A stretch of 64,000 bases of DNA, taken from positions 62,001 to 126,000 of the forward strand of contig NIVC01000440.1 in NCBI GenBank assembly GCA_002269645.1. The letters run 5' to 3'. Position 1 is the stretch's first letter. Each line of letters opens with the position of its first letter. The notes under the pieces were generated by a model. The model was not told where the DNA came from. It saw only the letters and a program-made list of their open reading frames with translations, and searched no databases. The translations under genes and the position numbers were made by a program. This document shows, piece after piece, positions 13,660 to 29,661 of this stretch. The stretch is from Macrostomum lignano (taxonomy: Eukaryota).

Positions 13660-14225
13660 GTTGAGTTACAGAGTTGAAACTTTATATTTAGATAGGGAAT
13701 AGGTCAATGAAGAATTGTGTCAAGTTTGAAGTCAATCGCTTTACGTGAAGCAAACTTATGGCAGCTGAAAGTTAGTCAATTTTGAAACCCTCTTACACAT
13801 TTGGGCCAAGATTGGGAAAGAGAAGCAGACAGGCAGAGGTTGGGGTGGTTGCTATGCTGAAAAAAACAGCCCAACTTTAAAAGTGCACAGCGCTGTTCAG
13901 GATTAATTTTGAGACTCAAAATTTTACACAATTGTGTCAAAATAGTTGAAAATTGTCTGTGTCAAATTTGAAGAGAATCGGTAGAAGTGGAGCGGCGCTA
14001 TGGAGGATTTAGTGAAAAAATCACACATTTTGAGCAGTTTTTTGCACTTTTAGGTGGGAAGACTCAAATTTAGGAAATTTTAAGGTAAGCCTATGACACT
14101 TTCTGTAGTGAATTTAGGGTGGGTGCATAATTTGGTGTAATTTGGTTGAGCGGTTTGGGAGTCTATAGCAAAGTAATTTGTACACAGACACACACAGAGA
14201 ATTTTCATTTTTATAGGTAGAGATA
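13660..14225 (+). mobile_element. Possible non-autonomous Helentron/DINE-like element remnant
   Basis: Repeated TGTGTCAA(A/G)TTTGAAG..AATCG motif and a 3' CACAGACACACAC...TTTTATAGGTAGAGAT end, reminiscent of DINE/HINE elements; pattern recall only. Confidence 0.3.
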
Positions 14226-14270
14226 GGCCCTAATAGGCTATAGTACTTTTTTCTATTAGTATTAGGCCTA

Positions 14271-16174
14271 GGGTAGAAACACTGTGATAACTTGGTTAAA
14301 AAACTTATAAATATATGTTATTTTGGGCAATCTTCTCAAATCGTTTGTTAAACTATTTTTTCTATGTTTTTTGTATTTTCTCCATTCTAGAAGCTGATTT
14401 TAGCATGTTTGGATATCTCTCAAGCTATTAAAATAGTAAAATTAACAACTTTGTTTTTTATGCACTTTTTCTGTCTCTAGCAAATCCTAACAATTCCTAA
14501 CAGTTCAAAGTTTCGAAGTTATTGATTTCAGATTGGTGTGAAAACATAGGAAACAATGAAACAACTAATTAGAAACAGTGATACAATAAGTGTCAATACT
14601 CGTGTCAAAACTTTGCAAGGATAATAATGGGCAATCCAATATATGTGGCCAAAAGCATTGATAGGGTGAAGCTGGCACCAAAGAAATTCCTCCAGATCCA
14701 TGGCAAACAGTGCATCACTAGTTCTATGCATGTAGCAAAATTTGGCCTTCATGTGGGCCCAAGTTCCCTCAATGAGGTTTGTATAGATGTACAATACATT
14801 AAGGTCAACAAAATGCAAGCAATGGTTGACTATCAGGTGGTTTGGCAGTGTGTTATATGCCTGCTAGCCGTCTGTTATGATGCGTGACCCTGGTCAAAGA
14901 GAATGCCCAATGATAAAGAGCATAGTGGCAGCTGTGCAGTCTGGAACAACTACCATCATGCACTTTGTTGAATCAAGCTCCGCCATGCTGAGCACCCATT
15001 AACCTGGTTGGAAGGCACCCTGATAAAACTTACAGTGCATGAAGCAAGACTCATCGACCTCCATATCAACACCATGGCCACCAAGCTAGATTGGGTGGTC
15101 CTCCATCACCTAGGCACATACCTCGTGAATAAATTGCTAGTCTACCATAGCCTGGTGGCCAACACCTGTCTGGATATAGCACTTACTGTTTTGCTTACAG
15201 TGCCCACCAATATACAAGATGTAAAATCTGCTGCAGGGACAGCTTTGATGCTTCAAAGAATGAATCCTTGTGCACAGACACTTGACCATGGCATGCTATG
15301 CAGGCCTAGGCGATACCATCAATGTACTGGTCTCTAGCATGGCATTGTAGATGCATGGGTACATCACCAGCCTCATAGACACAGTCGCGCTGGCTCTTAA
15401 GGAGTTGGCAGGTTGCTAGCTATTCAATAATTTGCTGGGAATGCCATGTCAGCCCAGCTAACTCTACCAATAGCATGTTTCTCTCAGTTAGCTCAATGGT
15501 GTTGTGTAGCAAGTTTGGATTTACAATAAATGATAGTGCTGCCAGGCAGCCTCTTGGCATGGTGGTGATAGACAATGGTTAATGGTCTTTCGCAAGAATG
15601 ATAATTAGCATGCAAGAACATAAGTCTAAGTGCTCAGACTTCCTTTCCTTTTAACCAACTCATCCGTTTGGGCCATAGACATTCCCAACAAGCATTGGTA
15701 CCACATCAGACAATACATCAGATTTCTATCCTTCAAAAGTTTGTACTTTCTGTTTTGCAATTCAGCCTTGTACTTTTCAGTTAGCCAGCTCCCTTCATCT
15801 ACCATGCTCTTCCCCACAGACAATCCCAACCATTATTTTACCACAGATATTTTAGCTAACCTATTTTTTATATTAGTATAAATACAAGTTCAACTTTGTT
15901 TCACTGCATTTTTGCACCAATCTGAAATCAAAAACTGAAACTTCAAATTGTTAGGAATCGTTAGGACTTGCTAGAGATAGAAAAGGTGCTTAAAAAACTG
16001 CAATTGCTTGGGGAATATCCAAACATGCTAAAATTGGCTTCTAAAGTAGAGAAAATGGGAAAGACATTGAAAAAATAGTTTAACAAATGATTCAAGAAGA
16101 TTGCCTTATTTTGTTAATTTATGTTTTAATGTTTAGGCTATTATAAATATTTTTGTTTTATTACAAAGTTTCCC
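14271..16174 (-). mobile_element. Decayed Merlin (IS1016/ISXO2-like DDE) DNA transposon with ~270-bp imperfect TIRs
   Basis: 14271-14545 and 15909-16174 are reverse complements (e.g. CTAGCAAATCCTAACAATTCCTAAC vs GTTAGGAATCGTTAGGACTTGCTAG). Minus-strand translation gives IITDG*QAYNTL...VNH..HFVD...TNLIEGTWAHMK...EEFLW, the Merlin/IS1595-family catalytic region. Confidence 0.8.
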
Positions 16175-17502
16175 TAGCCAAAATTAGGACTGTTTTAATA
16201 AATCAGCAGCAATGCATGCAAACAAAATGAAAGTTTAGTTTTTTTTTAAAAGTCACCACCTTTCTCTAGACATTGCTTCTATCTTACTTCACTAGCCATT
16301 ATTTTGTACAATATATGTTTTGCTGAATACATAGTATTGTTAGGTAGAATATTTGCAAGAATCAATAGGGTATAAAAGATACAAAATACAGTATAAATTG
16401 GAACATAATGTAAAAAGTCTAAAAAGCTAGAAAAAAACTAATAAAGAACTTTAAAAAATTGAAATGCATATTGCTGCCTCTCCTTGCTAATTTACAACAT
16501 TAAGAGAGGGTTTGCATCTTTGATATGTAAGGCTTCTAATATAAAGGTGCTTAGTGCAATTGATAATTTTAAATTTGTAAGTAAGTTTTAAATTAGCATT
16601 AGCACAATATTATGCTAGGCTTAGTATAATATTCAATCATCCACAGTAACTATTTATTATTATTCTATCTTATTAATATAAAAACAAATTTTGATTCATG
16701 ATTATGACTTATGGAATTTGAACCTGTGATTATGATTTTCTTGTTTCTTTGAATTCAAATTTTTTATGGATTTTAATAAAGTTTTTTGGTAGAAATTATA
16801 AAAAAATATAGTAAGTGCCTTTTGGTATTAAATTATTAGGCCAATTATTAGGCCCTAGCTTACTTAAAATGAGACTCGATCACACCTAGAATTACAATTC
16901 TCTTGTGTGCCTTACAAAAAGTAGGAGGTCACAAAAATCTTGACCTAAAAATGCCAAGAATCTAAGATATAAAATAGAGTAAAATCAAGAGCCCTAGGTT
17001 GAATACCAATATTCTGATTAAGCATAAATTACCTACACATCAATATAAACTCATTAAATTCAAAATAAATCAAAGCAGTACCAAAAATTCAATTTGATTT
17101 AGTGTTATCTGTATTAAGGGATTTGGAAAAATGGTGCACCCCAAAATTCTGTGTTTTTTACAAATTAAAGGTGGTGATTTTCAACAAGAGTACACAAAAT
17201 TTACTCTTGTTTTTCGAAAATAAAATTTTGTATTAATGGAACTGCTATTTTTAGTTTTTAGCTTTGTCTTATTTAAGTTTTTAGCTTCATCAGTGATTAG
17301 TGATTAGCAAATGACATTGGCAATAATTTTCACAATCATGATCAAAATCACATCCAACAAAAATGAAGTTACAAAATTTCATGCACACGCACAAAGGTGT
17401 TTTTCTATATCTTCCACTGCAGACAGCCAGCATTAAATATTTAAATAATCAAGAAGTCTCACAGCCTTTTAAATCTATTTGTATAAAAACTTTCTAGCAA
17501 CA

Positions 17503-18437
17503 ATGAGTGGTCCCCGCTACACAGTTGAGTACACAGGCGGAGGAGGCTGCTCAAATGAGGATGGCCAAGGCCGCTCAGAGCCAGCTTTCATTCGGCAATT
17601 CAAACAGAGAGCTGGGATCCTGCCCGATGCCAAATTAGCTGACAAATTTGCCAATAGCGATGATAACAGCATTCGAAGATAAGATAACAACAGGACTTGG
17701 AAAGGCTAAGCCAAGAGCTGATAGTGCTGATGAAGGTCGAGAGCCTGCAGCTAGGAATGAGGAAGAGATGCCACAGATTGTGCTGTCAGCCGATAGCGGC
17801 ATCTCGGAGTCTGAGCTGGCTGTTGTGCAGGTAAGGTTACAGAATCTCTTTTGCTTCTTTCTGAGACTTGCTCCAGTATTCTGAATTGGAACTCCAGTAA
17901 TCTCAATTAGAACTCCAGTAGTCTCAATTAGAACTCCAGTAGTCTCAATTAGAACTCCCAGTAGTCTCAGTTAGAACTCCACTAGTCTCAATTAGAACTT
18001 CCAGTAGTCTCAATTAGAACTCCACTAGTCTCAATTAGAACTCCAGTAGGCTCAATTAGTCTCAGTTACAGCTCATAGAATTGTCTGCTTTTTCAAACAA
18101 AGCCTATTAACGATGCCCCCTCCCTCGCTAGGCTCGAATCCGTGAGGCCGGCGAGGAGGCCAAATTCGAGGAGGCCCGCAGCCGGGTTCGCTTCGTTCGG
18201 CCAGCCATTGGCGGCGACAGCGGCGGCAGCAGGAAGACCAAGCTGGGCGGTGGAGTGATCTCAGCTAGCAGCGGGTCCGGCGCTGGAGCCTCTGCCGCCG
18301 ACAGTGAGGTCAGCTCAGCCAAGCGGCTTCGTCAGCAGTCCAGTTCCGCCACATCTGGCTTAAATTCCAGGTCTTCTTCTTCAAGCGTCTGCAACAAAAA
18401 GTTGCTATCGTTTGATGAAGAGGAAGGCGATGACTGA
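17503..18437 (+). pseudogene. KIAA1143: KIAA1143 (DUF4604) homolog with an apparent frameshift in exon 1
   Basis: Exons 17503-17830 and 18132-18437. EPAFIRQFKQRAG, E.PQIVL, R..F.RP and terminal NKKLLSFDEEE match the family. The frame changes near 17650-17680 with no intron; could also be an assembly error. Confidence 0.7.
17886..18060. repeat. 21-bp intronic minisatellite (AACTCCAGTAGTCTCAATTAG)
   Basis: About 8 copies inside the KIAA1143 intron. Confidence 0.9.
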
Positions 18438-18704
18438 ATAAAAAATTCGTTTCTTAGAAATATGTATTGTTCAAGTATAATGCCCTTCCGAGCTTGGCTG
18501 GGTTTGCATTTTCGATAAAACCTACTCTAAGTAGAAGAAAGTGTAAATTTCGTGTAATTTTAGTATTCTTATTAATTATGTACGAGTAACTGTTAAAAAT
18601 CTGTAAATATACAGCACTTTCTTTATAAATGCGTCCTTTAATTATCTTTTTTTGTATCCCTCTCAACTTTTATAGGAGATCTGATGATAAAAAACTTGCT
18701 GGCT

Positions 18705-19205
18705 TGGGGCACCAGCTACAGAGAGGGTTGGGGCACCAGCTACAGAGGGGGTTGGGGCACCAGCTACAGAGGGGGTTGGAGCACCAGCTACAGATGGGGT
18801 TGGGGCACACCAGCTACAGAGGGGGTTGGGGCACCAGCTACAGAGGGGGTTGGGGCACCAGCTACAGAGGGGGTTGGAGCACCAGCTACAGAGGGGGTTG
18901 GGGCACCAGCTACAGAGGGGGTTGGGGCACCAACTACAGAGGGGGTTGGGGCACCAGCTACAGAGGGGGTGGGGGCACCAGCTACAGAGGGGGTTGGGGC
19001 TCCAGCTACAGATGGGGTGGGGGCACCAGCTACAGAGGGGGTTGGGGCACCAACTACAGAGGGGGTTGGGGCACCAGCTACAGAGGGGGTGGGGCACCAG
19101 CTACAGAGGGGGTTGGGGCTCCAGCTACAGATGGGGTGGGGGCACCAGCTACAGAGGGGGTTGGGGCACCAGCTACAGAGGAAGTTGGGGCATCGGCTAC
19201 AGAGG
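18705..19205. repeat. 24-bp G-rich minisatellite (GGGGCACCAGCTACAGAGGGGGTT)
   Basis: About 20 copies; several stop-free frames result from the period being divisible by 3. Confidence 0.95.
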
Positions 19206-19347
19206 GAAATTCCCGTGGACCGGAATTGACATATAATATTTTTTACAATGTTTGTTGCATGCTGCCGCAACTGTCTGCCTCCTAGCGGAAGTATCTTGTC
19301 GGTGTGTACCTGTGAAAAAAAACACAAAGAAAAATAAAATATAAAAA

Positions 19348-24149
<4,802 letters not shown>

Positions 24150-24329
24150 CTTGAAGATCAGTTCAGCGTACTGGTCATTAGACTCCATGCTTGCGGGACG
24201 TGTTTGTTTTGTGTTTGGTTCTGTAGTGTTCAAATTTTCCAAAATATATATGCTATCCATACTATAATACATTAGTATGTAAATTAGTATTATATTTGTA
24301 TATTATTTGTATATTAGTATTAATACATT

Positions 24330-24982
24330 AGGTGTGGCCATTGACAGCACACTCAAATTTCTGACTTAGAGGCCAGCAAACCTAGGATTCGACCAGAGAA
24401 TATCGAGTTTAAACTCAGTGTCTATGGCCAAACAGTAGAGTACCGGAAGGAACGAAAATCGGCTTCACTTTAGACCTCTCTCCTCTCTATTGTCATTCTA
24501 TGTATACTTGATATTCTCTGGATTCGATAGCCAAACTTATCAACAAAACATCGATATCAACATTTTATGTAGAAGATAATGCAACCCGTTAAAAGGCATG
24601 CGTTATCTCACTTAAATTCCTTCCTTTTCTAGGATTTAACCTAATGTTCGTAAATTCCGGAACATGTGACGTTTGTCTATGGCACTGCATTGCGTTGTTA
24701 AGGGGGCGGTGAGCCCCCAATATCAAATCTCTTCATATGAAAGTATTCAAAAAAATATTGGTCGTCTATGGCCTCACCCTAGATGCTGGTCTGTGTGCCA
24801 CTAGCATAGTGCCACTTTTTCTAATGCTTTTAATTATTCTCATGTTTCTAAGAGTTTCGGTGTGAAACTATTCGAGGAGGACGTATATCATCGAATCTTT
24901 GTCTATGTTTTATGAGATTAGGCATGCCTTGTTTAATCTGGTACACACAATTAAAAGTTGCGTGTTGTCTATGGCCGAACCT
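24330..24982. mobile_element. MITE-like element (~650 bp) with 16-bp imperfect TIRs and GTCTATGG subterminal motifs
   Basis: Left end AGGTGTGGCCATTGAC; reverse complement of right end AGGTTCGGCCATAGAC (13/16 identical). GTCTATGG at ~24420, ~24675, ~24765 and 24967. No clean TSD. Confidence 0.45.
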
Positions 24983-25269
24983 GTCTTTATTCTATTTGCT
25001 TCTTAACTCGTCACAAGCGTCACTTGCCTTGTCCCAGAGTCGTTTCAGAGTTGCAGGCAATAAAACGCTTCAAAGTGACTCTTAGGTGACTCTAACAACT
25101 ATCTATCAGTGTAAAGCGCGTGTTTGTTTAAAAAAAAATTTGTGTTAAATAAACTTTGTTTCTCATTCATTGTAATCTTGCCAGGTAGTTTCATTTCTAG
25201 ATAATTCTTATTTCAATGTATAGAGATGAATTTTATACAAGATAATTTGTATATTAATCCACCCTCAAA

Positions 25270-28200
25270 AATGTCTGGACACCTCAAAATCCGCCCGAAA
25301 GAATCTCCGGACACCCTAAAATCTCCGGACATCCCAGAATCCGCCCGAAAGAATCTCCGGACACCCAGAATCCGCCCGAAAGAATCTCCGGACACCCAGA
25401 ATCCGCCCGAATGAATCTCCGGACACCCAGAATCCGCCCGAAAGAATCTCCGGACATCCCAGAATCCGCCCGAAAGAATCTCCTGACATCCCAAAATCTC
25501 CCTGAAAGAATCTCCGGACATCCCAGAATCCGTCCGAAAGAATCTCCGGACATCCCAAAATCTCCCTGAAAGAATCTCCGGACACCCAGAATCCGCCCGA
25601 AAGAATCTCCGGACACCCAGAATCCGCCCGAAAGAATCTCCGGACATCCCAAAATCTCCCTGAAAGAATCCCCGGACATTCCAGAATCCGCCCGAAAAAA
25701 TCCCCGGACATCCCAGAATCCGCCCAAAAAAATCTCCGGACATCCCATAATCCGCCCGAAAGAATCTCCGGACATCCCAGAATCCGCCCGAAAGAATCTT
25801 CGGACATCCCAGAATCCGCCCGAAAGAATCTCCGGACACCCAGAATCCGCCCGAAAAAATCCCCGGACATCCCAGAATCCGCCCGAAAGAATCTCCAGAC
25901 ATCCCAGAATCCGCCCGAAAGAATCTCCGGACACCCAGAATCCGCCCGAAAAAATCCCCGGACATCCCAGAATCCGTCCAAAAGAATCTCCGGACATCCC
26001 AAAATTTGCCCGAAAGAATCTCCGGACACCCAGAATCCGCCCGAAAAAATCCCCGGACATCCCAGAATCCGTCCAAAAGAATCTCCGGACATCCCAGAAT
26101 CCGTCCGAAAGAATCTCCGGACATCCCAGAATCCGTCCGAAAGAATCTCCGGACATCCCAGAATCCGTCCAAAGAATCTCCGGACATCCCAGAATCCGTC
26201 CGAAAGAATCTCCGGACATCCCAGAATCCGTCCGAAAGAATCTCCGGACATCCCAAAATCTCCCTGAAAAAATCTCCAGACACCCAGAATCCGCCCGAAA
26301 GAATCTCCGGACACCCAGAATCCGCCCGAAAGAATCTCCGGACATCCCAAAATCTCCCTGAAAGAATCCCCGGACATTCCAGAATCCGCCCGAAAAAATC
26401 CCCGGACATCCCAGAATCCGCCCAAAAGAATCTCCGGACATCCCAGAATCCGCCCGAAAGAATCTCCGGACATCCCAGAATCCGCCCGAAAGAATCTTCG
26501 GACATCCCAGAATCCGCCCGAAAGAATCTCCGGACACCCAGAATCCGCCCGAAAAAATCCCCGGACATCCCAGAATCCGCCCGAAAGAATCTCCGGACAT
26601 CCCAGAATCCGCCCGAAAGAATCTCCGGACATCCCAGAATCCGCCCGAAAAAATCCCCGGACATCCCAGAATCCGCCCGAAAGAATCTCCAGACATCCCA
26701 GAATCCGCCCGAAAGAATCTCCGGACACCCAGAATCCGCCCGAAAAAATCCCCGGACATCCCAGAATCCGTCCAAAGAATCTCCGGACATCCCAGAATCC
26801 GTCCAAAGAATCTCCGGACATCCCAGAATCCGTCCAAAGAATCTCTGGATATCCCAGAATCCGCCCGAAAGAATTTCCGGACATCCCAAAATCTCCGCGA
26901 AAGAATCTTCTGACATCCCAGAATCCGCCCGAAAGAATCTCCGGACATCCCAGACTCCGCCCGAAAGAATCTCCGGACATCCCAGAATCCGCCCGAAAGA
27001 ATCTCCGGACATCCCAGAATCCGTCCGAAAGAATCTCCGGACATCCCAGAATCCGCCCGAAAGAATCTCCGGACATCCCAGAATCTGCCCGAAAGAATCT
27101 CCGGACACCCAGAATCCGCCCGAATGAATCTCCGGACATCCCAGAATCCGCCCGAAAGAATCTCCGGACACCCAGAATCCGCCCGAAAGAATCTCCTGAC
27201 ATCCCAAAATCTCCCTGAAAGAATCTCCGGACACCCAAAATCCGCCCGAAAAAATCCCCGGACATCCCAGAATCCGCCCGAAAGAATCTCCGGACATCCC
27301 AGAATCCGCCCGAAAGAATCTCCGGACATCCCAGAATCCGCCCGAAAAAATCCCCGGACATCCCAGAATCCGCCCGAAAGAATCTCCAGACATCCCAGAA
27401 TCCGCCCGAAAGAATCTCCGGACACCCAGAATCCGCCCGAAAGAATCTCCTGACATCCCAAAATCTCCCTGAAAGAATCTCCGGACACCCAAAATCCGCC
27501 CGAAAAAATCCCCGGACATCCCAGAATCCGCCCGAAAGAATCTCCGGACATCCCAGAATCCGCCCGAAAAAATCCCCGGACATCCCAGAATCCGCCCGAA
27601 AGAATCTCCAGACATCCCAGAATCCGCCCGAAAGAATCTCCGGACACCCAGAATCCGCCCGAAAGAATCTCCTGACATCCCAAAATCTCCCTGAAAGAAT
27701 CTCCGGACACCCAAAATCCGCCCGAAAAAATCCCCGGACATCCCAGAATCCGCCCGAAAGAATCTCCGGACATCCCAGAATCCGCCCGAAAGAATCTCCG
27801 GACATCCAGAATCCGCCCGAAAAAATCCCCGGACATCCCAGAATCCGCCCGAAAGAATCTCCAGACATCCCAGAATCCGCCCGAAAGAATCTCCGGACAC
27901 CCAGAATCCGCCCGAAAAAATCCCCGGACATCCCAGAATCCGTCCAAAGAATCTCCGGACATCCCAGAATCCGTCCAAAGAATCTCCGGACATCCCAGAA
28001 TCCGTCCAAAGAATCTCCGGACATCCCAGAATCCGCCCGAAAGAATTTCCGGACATCCCAAAATCTACGCGAAAGAATCTTCTGACATCCCAGAATCCGC
28101 CCGAAAGAATCTCCGGACATCCCAGACTCCGCCCGAAAGAATCTCCGGACATCCCAGAATCCGTCCGAAAGAATCTCCGGACATCCCAGAATCCGCCCGA

Positions 28201-29515
28201 AAGAATCTCCGGACATCCCAGAATCCGCCCGAAAGAATCTCCGGACATCCCAGAATCTGCCCGAAAGAATCTCCGGACACCCAGAATCCGCCCGAATGAA
28301 TCTCCGGACATCCCAGAATCCGCCCGAAAGAATCTCCGGACACCCAGAATCCGCCCGAAAGAATCTCCGGACATCCCAGAATCCGCCCGAAAAAATCCCC
28401 GGACATCCCAGAATCCGCCCGAAAGAATCTCCAGACATCCCAGAATCCGCCCGAAAGAATCTCCGGACACCCAGAATCCGCCCGAAAGAATCTCCTGACA
28501 TCCCAAAATCTCCCTGAAAGAATCTCCGGACACCCAAAATCCGCCCGAAAAAATCCCCGGACATCCCAGAATCCGCCCGAAAGAATCTCCGGACATCCCA
28601 GAATCCGCCCGAAAAAATCCCCGGACATCCCAGAATCCGCCCGAAAGAATCTCCAGACATCCCAGAATCCGCCCGAAAGAATCTCCGGACACCCAGAATC
28701 CGACCGAAAGAATCTCCTGACATCCCAAAAACTCCCTGAAAGAATCTCCGGACACCCAAAATCCGCCCGAAAAAATCCCCGGACATCCCAGAATCCGCCC
28801 GAAAGAATCTCCGGACATCCCAGAATCCGCCCGAAAGAATCTCCGGACATCCCAGAATCCGCCCGAAAAAATCCCCGGACATCCCAGAATCCGCCCGAAA
28901 GAATCTCCAGACATCCCAGAATCCGCCCGAAAGAATCTCCGGACACCCAGAATCCGCCCGAAAAAATCCCCGGACATCCCAGAATCCGTCCAAAGAATCT
29001 CCGGACATCCCAGAATCCGTCCAAAGAATCTCCGGACATCCCAGAATCCGTCCAAAGAATCTCCGGACATCCCAGAATCCGCCCGAAAGAATTTCCGGAC
29101 ATCCCAAAATCTCCGCGAAAGAATCTTCTGACATCCCAGAATCCGCCCGAAAGAATCTCCGGACATCCCAGACTCCGCCCGAAAGAATCTCCGGACATCC
29201 CAGAATCCGTCCGAAAGAATCTCCGGACATCCCAGAATCCGCCCGAAAGAATCTCCGGACATCCCAGAATCCGCCCGAAAGAATCTCCGGACATCCTAGA
29301 ATCTGCCCGAAAGAATCTCCGGACACCCAGAATCCGCCCGAATGAATCTCCGGACATCCCAGAATCCGCCCGAAAGAATCTCCGGACACCCAGAATCCGC
29401 CCGAAAGAATCTCCTGACATCCCAAAATCTCCCTGAAAGAATCTCCGGACACCCAAAATCCGCCCGAAAAAATCCCCGGACATCCCAGAATCCGTCCGAA
29501 AGAATCTCCGGACAT
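25270..29515. repeat. ~4.25-kb satellite-like array of 31/32-bp units (CCGGACATCCCAGAATCCGCCCGAAAGAATCT) with higher-order variant blocks
   Basis: Directly visible; the 900-1400 aa ORFs here are artefacts. Confidence 0.98.
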
Positions 29516-29661
29516 CTCAGAATTGTCGGTCCCTTAGAGCGGCCTCATAGTTTTTTTTGTAAAAAAGCTGGATTAGGCATTGAATTTCACAGAGCTGCCA
29601 TTGCAACATTCGCTTCGAAAAAAACTTCTTTGATGCAGAAATTAACTGACAGCTACTCAGC

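Noticed and set aside
18629-19285. RGG-rich repeat ORFs upstream of the TRF-like gene as a TRF2-like basic (GAR) domain
   Set aside because: Tempting, but the frames shift within the 24-bp array and none joins the 19348 frame through a convincing splice; treated as non-coding pending cDNA.
25213-29515. 900-1400 aa ORFs (SGDSFGRILG repeats)
   Set aside because: Translation of a 31/32-bp tandem array; frames shift between units and there is no splice or domain support.
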